Positions 11,658 through 23,969 of a DNA stretch of 64,000 nt are shown here, one piece after another. The DNA comes from Chlorokybus atmophyticus (Eukaryota; Plantae; Mesostigma and Chlorokybus algae): positions 744,001-808,000 of the forward strand of contig RHPI01000810.1 in assembly GCA_009103225.1 (NCBI GenBank). Reading direction: 5' to 3'. The notes beneath the pieces were generated by a model. The model worked only from the letters and a program-made list of their open reading frames with translations. It made no database searches and was not told where the DNA came from. Position 1 is the stretch's first letter. Each line of letters starts with the position of its first letter. The position numbers and the translations under genes are program-made.

Positions 11658-13889
11658 CCTACGGATACTGTTGTCGTCGCATTTGATCTGATTAAGCGCA
11701 TGCAGAGGCACGAGGTTAGCACAGCTTACTGAGTTGCAAGCTGTAGAGGATACCGATAGTCGTTAATCACGCGATTTACAGCGGCTGCAGCATTGCTTTT
11801 GAAAAGCAAATAGTGGCGAATGACATTCGCCAAAAGTTTTAAACTCGCAGCAAATGTCTACAGTACCCAAGACCACCCACACAATGAAGTAATCAGCATC
11901 AACACTGAATAACGATCCTATTGAGAAGGTTAAGACTATAATCATTTGCAGCAGCCCGAGTGAAGACGAAAATCAAAACCAGCAGCAAAACTGCAGTTAA
12001 GAATAGAAAGGCTGACATGCTATAATGATTATTTGACTATTTTGCATCAAAGGGAGCTCTTGAGATCATTTCCCTCTCATGCAAAGAATCCATAAACTTC
12101 TGTGTCAAGCTCTACATTCAAATCTGCATCCACTCGCATTCAGTCTTGAAGTACTGCAAAGCGTTCAATGTCAAAAAACCCAAGCATTGGGTATTGCAAA
12201 AGTGGTAATCATCACCACTTTAATGGCGTATAAAAATGCCATTATGGCAGATGCCGATCGACTCCGACCGCTAAGGATATGTCTCGGCCACAGATGCAAC
12301 GCCATTTATTGGCTTGGTGCTTCATACAAAAACCTTGCTCCATCACTTATAGTGCCGCACGGCGATGTGCGCGAATCTGCACATGGCACCGTCAAGTTCG
12401 TTCGTCTTTTAAAGTACCTTTAAGACAAAACCCGCTCAAAGTCATGGTTTCGGTAGATGTTGTAGTTGCATTGTTCGCAAATATCATTTGAATGTGCCCT
12501 GCACTAGGCACATGCTTCAAAGGTTTGCAAGTTGTTCGTGTTTCAAATGCAATCGTCGAAAATGAGTCTCTTATACTTGAGCACTTTAATTGCCACGTAG
12601 ATTGTCCTCAATCCAGTCATACAATTTAATAGGTTTATGGAACAGTTGCATGAGTTAACAATAACATTTCTGTCACACTACGGTAGCGCCATTCATACGT
12701 CGCGACGCTCTTTTGAAGCGCAAGTTGCCAAGTAGATCGGTCAGCACATAGAGTGCCATACGCGCGGCGCAATTTCGTTTGAATTTAATATAGTTCGGGT
12801 CAGACATTGACCAATTCAGAAACGAACAGATCGCATCTCCTTTGTTCTTATTATAAAGTTTTAAAACGTGCCTCGACAAGCTGTAGCTGATCAACCCGCT
12901 CTTCTTCTCCCTTAAATGTATTGGACAATTGCTACTCATAGACCCTTTGCGAAACCTTTGCACGGTGTGTCCGTGACATTGTAGACCACAACTTAATAGA
13001 AGTAATGCCGTGCTCATTATATTGTCAAAGCTGGCTCTTACTTGTATTCCCAAGTAGTAATTGTAAAGTCTTAGTACGGGTTGCGACATCTATGGGCACA
13101 GTTTACTAATTTTAACAGCTGTGTGCCTGTGCTAACAATGTGACATACAGCCTCATATGTACGCAATTGTACACGATCAATAATAATACACTTAAATGCA
13201 GTAACCATTGCAGGCACTGAATACGTCCGCAGCAGTGCAAATAGAACAAAGAAAAAGGACACACATTAATAGTGGGTGTATGTAATACCTCCGGAATCCG
13301 GTCATAATTGAAAGCCGTGATGAGCCTTTGAAGTCGGAAGACCAATTGGAGCCTCCACCACATCATGACAACTACAATGAAGCAATCAAGCACAGTTTGT
13401 GGATGCATGAGGTAAGCAATGGTGTAAGGTGCACGTAGTACCACCGGTGTTGTAATTGGTACTTGGACATGCACTGATGCAAGTTGCAAAAAGATGGCTT
13501 AAACACAGAATGGTCGACTCGATTCCAAACTTCAGCGGAGTTGTATATTAAACAATGCTGCAAGTTCTGCAATGGTTATAAAACTACAAAAGCGAACATG
13601 GTTAAGCACGTATGCGATTTCCTGTTGATGCACACCATCAAGTCTCCACTCAAGTTGTGGCGATGTCAGTATGTTCTCCTCACACAAGTGAGGAAGGCAT
13701 ACACAAAGTGGAGCAATACGGCAGAGGGAAGGGTGTGCTTGGACGAAAGGCTGTCCAGATTCAACCAAGCAACTCGACTTTTCTTGAAGTGCTGCCAGGT
13801 ATGCACACAACAGTGTGCTGTACCATGTTGAATTGGAGAGTGTGCCGTTTGCAAAGAGATTTGTTCATTACCAACAAGTACGAACAAGT

Positions 13890-14907
13890 TGTCACGCCTA
13901 CAAGGCTATCTAAAGTCATTCTCTGTTCCTTACTTATGTAAGTAAAATGAGACCGGGTGCGTTTTCCATGTCATAAGCATGTGTAGTGCTTGTGGGGTGG
14001 CTCTCACGTGGTCTGCTCTTGCGCCTTTGAGGCCTTGAGTGAGATAAACTACACAAGGTATTGCATATCAGCAAGCACAGAGCTGGTCGGTACCATTGAG
14101 ACATGGCCATGTGAGCCATGTGTCCGCATGTGTGTGCATATGTTTGCATGTGCATATGTCCGCATATGAGTGCATATGTGAGGATATGAGGTATGTACTA
14201 AATGTATGCATATGTATGCATGCATGCGCATATGTGTGCATATGCGCGCATATGTATGCATGTGTGCATACATATGCATAGGGATGCATATGTATGCATG
14301 TGTGTGATGTCCTAGGCTGATATGACCAGCCAAGGACGTTCACATTGCCCAAGGGTGATGTTTGTGATGTCCAAGGCTGATGTGACCAGCCAAGGACGTT
14401 CACAATGTCCGAGGCTGTTGTGTGATCAGTCTTGGACAGTAAACAAGAGGTCCAAGGGCTGATGTGGCAGCCCTAGACATGAGTTGTGGTCAACGCAGCC
14501 ATGACAAGGCAAGTAGCCTTGGACTTGGATGTTCTAGGTCGGAGAGCAGCAAAGAGGGGGTATATGAACGGCCTCAACAAGTGTTGAAGGAGCTCAGCAT
14601 GTGCATACTCGACTCTTGTGTGTGGGGTGCCTAGTTTAGTTGTTTAAGGGGCTCTCCCTCTCATCCCATGTGGGGTGTGATGCTTGTGGCAGCTCTACAC
14701 ATGTGTGTGGGGTGTGCTTGAGTGTGCATGTGTGTGGGAGCTGAGTAGAGAGGTTGGTGGCATCCTCTCCTTCCTTGGTGCGGTGCTGTGACTTCCCCTC
14801 CAAGGTATTGCACCGTGTCTTGCTGGTCGGGCTTCCGGAAGCAAGTCCTTATGCTTGTGCATAAGTTTGCCAAGCCGTCCGGCAAGTAAGTGAGTGGTAT
14901 GGTTACA
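13890..14907 (+). repeat. 5' LTR (1018 bp)
   Basis: Starts TGTCACGCC, ends GGTTACA; contains a (TGCATA)-like microsatellite and a two-copy tandem of CCAGCCAAGGACGTTCACA. Confidence 0.95.
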
Positions 14908-14949
14908 TTGGACTCGGAGCTTGCATTCCAAGCCTTGCATGCTTGCCCA

Positions 14950-17900
14950 TCAGTTTATGCACTTGCTGCACCGTGCGTGCGTTGCATTCTTTGCTTGCAC
15001 GCACTACATGGCAGGGTTTTGAGCTGATTGTGCATGCTAGTTGGTGCGTCCAGCTGCGTGCACACTTGCATGCACGGTGTGGGTCGTTCTACACGCTGAT
15101 CCGTTCATTGGTTGTGTGTTTTTGCTGCACATACACAGCATTGCACACGCATTTGCTTGTTGCTGCACCAGCTGCGCGTGTGTGCGCGCATGTGCGCGTG
15201 AGTGCATCTGTTAAGGAGACCTCACCGTGTGGTGTTGGCTCTAACCTTTGTGGGGATGGCTGCGCAACTGCATACAGCAACGGAGGAGGCATCTTGGGGC
15301 AACGATGTTGCCAAGACCACATGACAATTGACCACTTTGGTTGCCACGTTGTGTGAGCAGGTAACAGAGTTACAGCAACAGGAGGCCTACATAGTTCAAT
15401 GGCAACGGTCAGGTGACAACGTTGACCAAGCGGTCCCATGTGAGGGACATGTTGGTGCATCACTTGATGCAACTCAACAGGACCACCGAGAGCGCAAACG
15501 CAGCCGCGAAGTTCAACTTAGAGAGGCTCAGGCTGATGCTGCTCGGGGCCATGCTCTTATGTATGAGGGACATGAAGAGAGCAAGAAGCCATGTATACAA
15601 CAGGGATTGCCAATGGCTAGCTGCTATGTGGACATTAATAAGCAGTGTGCTTTCAGTGACTGGATGTCACGCCTTCCCCAACCATGCAATGTTGCTGTGT
15701 GGGAGAATAAGTTGGGTGTACATGTGGATGCTCAATTCATGCAGCACGATTGTGCGGGCAAATGTGATTTTCTCAACGCGCCTGTTGACCAGCTGTGCAA
15801 CACTACTTCTCAAGCACTATGTAGCATGCAAGAGCAAGAGCGCGCATGACACAAGTGCATGCATCGTGGTGCCCAAGTATGCGGGGCCATGGACTCGCCT
15901 TGTTAAAGGTATGCAGGTCCTCGGTGAAGTCAAGCTGGGTAAGAAGTCTGTGCATATGATGTATGACCCTCCTACCCTCCATCCGGTAAGTTTACCGGAT
16001 GGGGGTCTGAACTTGACTTGGCTGTTCAAGGCGTCTGTTGCACATGTGCCGTGCATTTGAATGATAGACACAGGCACACTTGAGAACTTCGTGAGCAAGT
16101 CTCTTATGCGGCGCTTGGGCATTCGTGTCAGCAAGTGCGATGACATGGTTGTTGCCCTGAACAAGCACGAGATCCCCGTGCGGGGAGTTGTGCGCTTGTC
16201 TGTGCGTGTGCAAGGCTATCAAGCTCAAGTTCTTTGTGATCCCAGTAGAGGTGCCAGGCGTGGATGTCATTGTTGGCAGCCATTGGGAGCAAGCATGTGG
16301 CTTGCGTATGGACGCAGACACAAAGCTTTGCAGTGTGCGCAAAGGGCGAGGTTGTGTGACCTTGCAAGCTGATGGGCATGATGTAGTGCCCACTGCTAAC
16401 TGTGTTGATGACGCATCTGGAACATATATCTTATGTTCTTTGTTGAGTGCCATGCAAGTGAAGAGGGCTGTTCGGCATGGAGCCTAACCCCTTCAAGTGC
16501 TCGTCCGCCCAGTCAACAGCGACAGCACTTCCGCCTCTATTGGTGAGACCAATGGCAACCCACCAGACACGGCCCTTCAAGGTCTGTTGTCTGAATTTTC
16601 TGATGTGTGTCAAGCTAAACTGCCTGCATTGCCACCTGAGAGGGACGTCTGGCATATGATCCCTCTAGAGTCGGATGCACAGCCTCCGTTTTGACCTGTG
16701 TATAGGCTGAGTTCAGCTGAGTATGCGGACATGGAGGGGCAAACTAAGGCCTTGCTTGAGAAGGGATTGATAAAGCCAAGTAGCTCTCCCTTTGGAGCAC
16801 CCATTCTGTTCGTACCTAAGAAGGACGGCGGGCTACGCATGTGCGTAGACTACAGGGCCTTGAACAAGTTGACCATCGAAAACAGGTATCCATTGCCAAG
16901 GATAGATGACTTGCTTAACCAACTGAGCGGTGCATCAGTGTTCAGTTCCTTGAATCTGATCAGTGGGTACCACTAGATATCACTCCGGAAGATGTGCATA
17001 AGCCAGCGTTTGAAACGCCTGTGGGCCACTTCCTGTACAGGGTGTTGCCTTTTAAACTGACGAATGCGCCACCTTTCAAGCTATAATGAACCATGTGTTT
17101 CACAAGCTGATTGGGAAGACAGTGTTTGTATATCTTGATGATAAACTTGTGTTCAACAAGAATGCTGACTTGCACATCGCGCATGTGCGCAAGGTGTTGA
17201 AAACCTGACGTGAGCATCGTTTTTATGATTACATGCCCAAGTGCAAGTTTGGCAGGAAGGAACTAGAGTTTCTTAGCCACATTGCAAGCAAAGAGGGCGT
17301 GCGCCCTAACCCAAAGAAGGTTGCCAAGGTCAAGAATTGGTTGAGCCCTCGAAATGTGCATGAGCTGCGCGCATTCTTGGATTGAGCAACTACTTCCGCA
17401 AGTATATCTTGGGTTATTCATCGCGTGTTGCCCCTCTCACTAATCTGTTGCGTGATAAGGTGGTGTGGAGGTGGTTACGGAGGCAGCAAGAAGCCTTTGA
17501 GTCCATCAAAGAGGCTTTGGTGACAGCGCATGTGTTGCAGCTGCTGTACTTCACCAAGCCCTTTGAAGTGATCTATGATGCATCTGTTGAGGGCACTGGT
17601 GCTGTGTTGCTCTAGAGTGGGCACCCCCTTGCTTATGTTAGCAAGAAGTTCTCTCCAGCTGAGACAAACCATACAACAACTGAGCAAGAGCTGTTAGGGG
17701 TAGTCCATGCGCTACAGGAGTGGCGTTGCTATCTTGAGGGGGTGGAAGGCGGGTTCAGTGTGATCACGGACCACAACCCCCTTGTTTTCTTTCAACCCAA
17801 CCAACATTGTCAAGAAGACAAGCAAGGTGGGCTTAGTACTTGTCAAGATACAACTTCACCTGGGTTTACAAACCAGGGAGAGTGAATGTGGCATATCCTT

Positions 17901-19610
17901 TGAGCCGGTCGCCGCTGCTGTTGGCAGTGACAACACGTGCACGTGCACGAAGCCAAGGATGGGCACAAGCAAGTAATGCCAGTGCCAGTACTTCTGAGTT
18001 GCCACCTCAGCATGAGCCAGCTGCTAGTGAGACAACAGTGGCAACAGAGACCAGTGAGATGCCAACTGTCTCTCAGCTCGAGAGAGCAGACTGTGAAGCA
18101 CCGTTGGCAGTTCACGAGCCAAGTGAGGAGGACCCAATGGCCGTTGATGTGAAAGACATCATACAGCGTTTGCCTGATGCTTATGCATTTGACACATGGT
18201 TTGTTCGGTTGCTGATGCAAGCAGACGACAAGATCACTTGTCACAAGGGCCTATGGTACCGTAAGGGCAAGTTGATAGTGCCAAATGCACTCGGCAGGCA
18301 AAAGTGTCTGTTTAAGGCACACAATTCCGTGTACAGTGGGCACATGAGAATGACAAAAACCATAAGCAGCTGCAGAGACAGTGCAGGTGGCCAATCTTGG
18401 GTGCTGATGCATTTAAGTATGTCGCATGCTGTGACACTTCAGGTTGTCAAAGAGACAAAGCCTCGCACAGGAAGCCAGCAGGGTTGTTGAAGCCCTTTGC
18501 TATTCCCAACTATCAATGGGAAAGTGTGAGCATGGATCTAATTACAGATCTACCTGGAACAAAGAAAGGACACAGTGCTGTTATTGTCTTTGTTGATCGC
18601 TCGATCAAGATGGTTAAATATGAGCCGTGTCGCACGGACATTGATGCGCAAGAGTTTGCGTTTGTCTTTGTGAATTCGGTGTTTAGATCACACCGTGTAC
18701 CCAGAGAGTTGGTATCAGATCGTGACCCCAAGTTTGTGAGCCAGTTTTAGTAGGCTGTGTGCCAGTACTCGGGGACTACGCAGAGCTTGAGCACTGCTTA
18801 CCATCCACAGAGTGATGGACAGACGGAGCGCGTCAACCGGGTGCTTGAAGATGTGCTGCGCCACTACACGTCACCATGTTCGATGAGTGGGATGTGTACT
18901 TGCCGTTAGCTGAATTCGCTATAATCAGTGCATGGCATGAGTTGCTAGCATTCTGTTCTATCTGAACTACGATTGTCATGTGTAGCCACCTATGTCTCTG
19001 AATGTTGAGCTGTCAGCAAAGTGCCTGTGGCCAGAGACTTCACTGAGAGCATGCATGCCGCGCTGGCACATGCGAAAGACTGTCTGAGAGCAGCACAAGA
19101 CAGGCAAAAGACGTATGCCAACAGGCAGCCAAGGCCTGGAAATGATCTCCAAGTTGGGGACCAAGTGATGTCGAGTTCGAAGAACATTCGACTCAAAACA
19201 AGCGGGGTACTACCTTGCGTAGTACGCAAGTTGCTACCAAGGTGGTTGGGACCATTCCGCATCACTGACAGTGTTGGTGAGCGTGCCCTTCGGCTGGAGT
19301 TTCCAAAGAGCATGCGTGTACATGATGCGTTTCATGTAGCACTGCTGAAATCGTACAGAAGTGACGGTCCGGCGCAGCCACCTCCTCCGCCAGTTGAGGT
19401 AGAGGGCGACCTTGAGTATGAGGTCGAGGCCATTGTTGGCAAACGGCTCATAAAGTACAAGAAAAGCTTTCGAACCCAATACTTGGTGAAGTGGCTTGGT
19501 TATGGCGAAGAGCATAACACCTGAGAGCCTATTTTTAAGTTGGCAAACTGTCCTGCCAAGCTAGAGGAGTTTGAGAATGAGCTCAAATCCACAGGTGCCA
19601 CTTGAGAGAG
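14950..19610 (+). pseudogene. gag-pol remnant: aspartic protease, RT, RNase H, integrase, chromodomain
   Basis: IDTGTLENFVS (protease); [50 protein letters not shown]-like VYLDDKL (RT); DASVEGTGAVL, TEQELLGVV (RNase H); [32 protein letters not shown] (integrase); EYEVEAIVGKR...YLVKWLGY (chromodomain); numerous stops and frameshifts. Confidence 0.93.
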
Positions 19611-19853
19611 CGTGTACTTAGAGCTTGTGCTCAGTTGTAAGAGCATGTGCACGTGCCTACAACCTCTTCATGTGACATACCAACACCGCATGCACTGGTA
19701 CTTAGTATCGGAGTTGGTTCTGTCACTCCCGTGCCTTGCACTACTTTCACGCGTGGAGCTATCGGTGGGTTTGGCCAACTTTGCCAGAAGCTGTGCGGGA
19801 CACGTGTTCCATCCTTTTTGCAACGAGGTCGTCGCAATGCAAGTGGGGAGGAA

Positions 19854-20852
19854 TGTCACGCCTGTAAGGCTAGCCAAAGCCATTCTCTGTTCCTTACTTA
19901 TGTAAGTAAGATGAGACCGGGTGCGTTTGCTATGTCATAAGCATGTGTAGTGCTTGTGGGGTGGCTCTCACGTGGTTTGCTCTTGAGCCTATCAGGCCTT
20001 GAGTGAGATAAACACAAGGTATCATACCTTGTGTTTATCAATGATTGCATATCAGCAAGCACAGAGCTGGTCGGTACCATTGAGACATGGCCATGTGAGC
20101 CATGTGTCCGCATGTGTGTGCATACGTCCGCAGAGTGCATATGTGAGGATATGAGGTATGTACTAGATGTATGCATGCATGCGCATATGCGCGCATATGT
20201 ATGCATGTGTGCATACATATGCATAGGGATGCATATGTATGCATGTGTGTGATGTCCTAGGCTGATATGACCAGCCAAGGACGTTCACATTGCCCAAGGG
20301 TGATGTTTGTGATGTCCAAGGCTGATGTGACCAGCCAAGGACGTTCACAATGTCCGAGGCTGTTGTGTGATCAGTCTTGGACAGTAAACAAGAGGTCCAA
20401 GGGCTGATGTGGCAGCCCTAGACATGAGTTGTGGTCAACGCAGCCATGACAAGGCAAGTAGCCTTGGACTTGGATGTTCTAGGTCGGAGAGCAGCAAAGA
20501 GGGGGTATATGAACGGCCTCAACAAGTGTTGAAGGAGCTCAGCATGTGCATACTCGACTCTTGTGTGTGGGGTGCCTAGTTTAGTTGTTTAAGGGGCTCT
20601 CCCTCTCATCCCATGTGGGGTGTGATGCTTGTGGCAGCTCTACACATGTGTGTGGGGTGTGCTTGAGTGTGCATGTGTGTGGGAGCTGAGTAGAGAGGTT
20701 GGTGGCATCCTCTCCTTCCTTGGTGCGGTGCTGTGACTTCCCCTCCAAGGTATTGCACCGTGTCTTGCTGGTCGGGCTTCCGGAAGCAAGTCCTTATGCT
20801 TGTGCATAAGTTTGCCAAGCCGTCCGGCAAGTAAGTGAGTGGTATGGTTACA
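19854..20852 (+). repeat. 3' LTR (999 bp)
   Basis: Direct repeat of 13890-14907, preceded by the PPT and followed by the TSD. Confidence 0.95.
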
Positions 20853-22447
20853 CAAGTCACATCATATATAACGTGTCATTGCAGGTGTGCGCGTGTATAG
20901 ATAAAACGAAATTGTTAGTGGACGTTATCTGGTCGGGCTGAAAGTGCATATTGTATTGGCGGGACACATGCACTAAGCTCTCAGCGTAGTGCACATCAAT
21001 TCATTGGCAATTTTAGGGCGGACTGCAGCATGATAGGGGGCTGCGTGCACTGCGGTGACCTGCACCGACCTATAGCCCACAAAATGGCGCTAAGACATCT
21101 CCTATCGACACCAGCAGACATAGTTACTGTGGTGGGATTGAATTATCGTGCAAACCACATGTTTCATGTCTACCCATAGCAACACTCTGATGTTGCAAAC
21201 AACAATTCTTTGATGTTCTCAAAGACCTAATTTAAACGCTCGGTAAGGATATTTAAGGAGCGGTTGGTTACTGTCATACTTGTCTCGTGTAATGGTTCAC
21301 TTTTTGAGTTGTAAGCCTGGCGAGTTTCTGTGCCACAAGGGCCTTGTTGCTGGATGTAAAAATGCATCATATGACATTATTGTGACATTCATATGATGCT
21401 AGTCTTACACCTTTGGTTCAGCACTTTGGGTTTTTAAAGTCATTTGTATGGCTCACCGATATGCAACACCGACATGCTTAGATGCCACCGTTCTTCATCT
21501 TTATCACAATGCATTGGCCATGACGTTAGTCAATAACAGAAGCATAGCCCGCAACACAATGGCGCTTTCTGCATGTTGCATAAGAGTTGCATTCCTGATA
21601 TGAATTAGTTGAGAACATACAAATTTCGTACAATCAGGCCCTGATTGTAACACAAGTACGGTACTATGTGTTCCTACTGCTTGCTGATGTAGGTTGTCCA
21701 CTATATCGGAGCTAGCTAGCCCGTACTCAGTGCAACATGCTTTTATTGATATTGACTTGAACTTACAAGGGGTTCTATGAATTGGGCCATGTTCTTTCCC
21801 ATTGGGTACCCAGTCCTTGGGCACACAACCCACCAACAGCAGCGAGGAGGTTTGCATGCTCGAGACCTTCCCACAATTCGAAATTGCTATATCAATCAAC
21901 AGGGTTCCGCGCTTGATGGTTGTGGCATTGCTGAAGGCATTTCAACTGGGCTACTTGCAACCCTTTGTAATGGTTGCATGGCGACTAGGGAGACCTTTGG
22001 TTCGGAGTACATAATTTAAGCAAAAGTCTCTTTAGCAGGACAACGGTTGCCACGCTTAAAAAGAATTATTACCGTTAAACGAACATGCCAGCAATGTGTT
22101 AATGCAACATTTGCATTTATTGCCCTCGTTGGCAATAGTGGTTACTTGTAAGAACTTGTCTATAAATGACTTTTCGGGTTCCTGTTGCTTAGTAAATTGG
22201 TCACTTTCCGCTGAAAGTACAGCATGTGATGCAACTTACGGGCCGTATATGCGAACAATAGCATTGTTTGCCTATATTAAAAGTGTTACCAATTACTGGT
22301 TGCAAAAATTATTTCATGAAAGCAAACACTCCTACACGAGTTTAAAGAGTCAGCATGGTTGCATTACTTTACATTATGTACAAGGGCAAGCCAATCGTTG
22401 ATACACAAATCCATGCAACATGATCGGGCCTTTATCGAGGGCATGAA

Positions 22448-22456
22448 TTAGGGTTT
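22448..22456 (-). promoter_or_regulatory. Telo-box-like AAACCCTAA upstream of CHMP1
   Basis: TTAGGGTTT about 290 bp before the ATG; short, so chance is possible. Confidence 0.3.
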
Positions 22457-22735
22457 TAATGCATGCCAAGGGGACACGTGGCAATTGGGCGAGTGCGTGC
22501 TGTAGTCAGCAGGCTGGGTGGCGTCGGCGTTACTATTGTTGTTGGCGGCGGCGAGGGCAGCAGTGGATGTTGTGAGCGCTTTCCAGCCCATTGTAGGTGC
22601 CAGTCAACCGGCAAGTCTGGCAAGCCTTAGGGCCGATTAACAAGCGCTTGGTGAGGGTTTGAGTTGAAACAGGGGTTGGTTGCAAAGGCGTGTTGCCTGC
22701 TGCCTGCCTACTTGCTCGCTTGCAAAGCCGTCAAC

Positions 22736-23969
22736 ATGGGCAACGACAAGCTGCTGGACCAGATCTTCAACCTGCGCTTCACTAGTAAAACGCTGGTGCG
22801 CCAGTCCAAGAAGAGCGCCAAGGAGGAGACGGCCGAGAAGCTCAAGGTTCGTGTGCTTGTGCTTGTGTCCGTGCCCTTGTGCTAGAGCCAAGAACAACAA
22901 TTGACAGTGGCTTCATCTACTTCCCACGATAGCTTGTCTGCTAGTTGTTATGCCGGCGTTGTTAGTTATCGATGCTTACTTTTGCTCACCCCGACTGTTT
23001 TTGGTCAGCAATGGCTGCGCAAGTGTGGTTTGTGCTTAGTGCAGGCATTGCTTCTAGTGCGTATCAGCAGAGTAACTTGCAAAGCAAATGCAGCATATAA
23101 GGCTTGAAAAGCTGACAAACCAAAAGCAAGGACATTTCGTTGACTGGACTGTACTGGCTACTGCTTCGAGCGCTGTGCTGTTGTGCACGTTTCCTGCTGG
23201 ACCACATTGACTGCGTCCTGCTGTCTTACAGTGTCCTATGCACTTGCTAAGTACACACCAGTCACAGGAAGCATTTACATGACACAGGTTAAGAAAGCGA
23301 TTGAGGCCGGAAACATGGACGGTGCGAGGATATACGCACAGAATGCTATACGCAAGAAGAATGAGCAGCTCAACTACCTGCGGCTGGCATCCCGGCTGGA
23401 CGCGGTGGTGTCGCGCCTCGACACGCAGGCCAAGATGAATGTCATCAACAAGAGCATGGCCAACATTGTGAAGCAGCTTGAGAAGGCGCTCACGAGCAAC
23501 AACATTGAACAGGCACAGTTTTGCCTTGTCACCTGGCATGGCGCCTTTGAATGGTGTAATTGCTAAACGCCTGCCTCTTGTGTAGTGCTTAATGTGGTGT
23601 CGTGTATTCGCTTGCAGGTTGCGCAAACGATGGACAGCTTTGAGCGGCAGTTTGAGAACCTCGACGTGCAGAGCGAGTTTGTGGAGAGTGCCATGAGCTC
23701 GTCGACGTCCATGGCAGCGCCCGAAGACGACATAAATGCATTGATGCAACAGGCAAGTGGTCATGTGAACACATAAATGCTGTGTTCCTTGGGGCAGGCG
23801 TGTTGATTGTGTATGGTGCTTGTCATCGCAGGTGGCCGATCAACACGGGTTGGAGGTGTCCATTGGGCTGCCGACGGCTTCAGGCGCGCTGCAGCAGCCG
23901 CAGAAACAAACGGAAGATGCCGACTCCGATCTGTCGAGGCGTCTCATGGAACTCAAGTCGAGGGGTTGA
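22736..23969 (+). CDS. CHMP1: ESCRT-III subunit CHMP1/VPS46 (Did2)
   Basis: [74 protein letters not shown]-terminal [13 protein letters not shown]; 4 exons. Confidence 0.95.

Larger units (their letters stand above)
13890..20852 (+). mobile_element. Full-length degenerate Ty3/gypsy chromovirus LTR retrotransposon
   Basis: TG...CA LTRs at 13890-14907 and 19854-20852; identical 5-bp TSD CAAGT (13885-13889, 20853-20857); PPT AAGTGGGGAGGAA 19841-19853; domain order PR-RT-RH-IN-chromodomain. Confidence 0.96.
13285..22400 (+). pseudogene. Decayed intron-containing gene of unknown family, interrupted in an intron by the LTR element
   Basis: Exon ending ...HSLWMHE|GTAAGC (donor 13412), exon 13484-13798 with CKFCNGYKTTKANMVKHVC, donor GTATGC 13799, acceptor TTGCAG at 20884 in the same phase (VCACIDKTKLLVDVIWSG); then many TGA/TAG/TAA stops and frameshifts in AT-rich sequence. 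The end is approximate. Confidence 0.5.

Noticed and set aside
14049-14403. His/Met/Cys-rich ORFs in both LTRs
   Set aside because: Products of the (TGCATA)-like microsatellite inside the LTR, not proteins
14310-14420. Spaced direct repeats resembling a CRISPR array
   Set aside because: Only two units with similar intervening sequence, inside a eukaryotic LTR, with no cas genes
16960-19530. TAG/TAA read as Gln (ulvophyte-type alternative genetic code), suggested by TAG at conserved Gln positions in pol
   Set aside because: Conserved host genes end at TAA (DLAT, CCB3) and TAG (LPP, Ycf20-like, mS38) and have no internal TAR codons; the pol stops come with frameshifts, so this is decay
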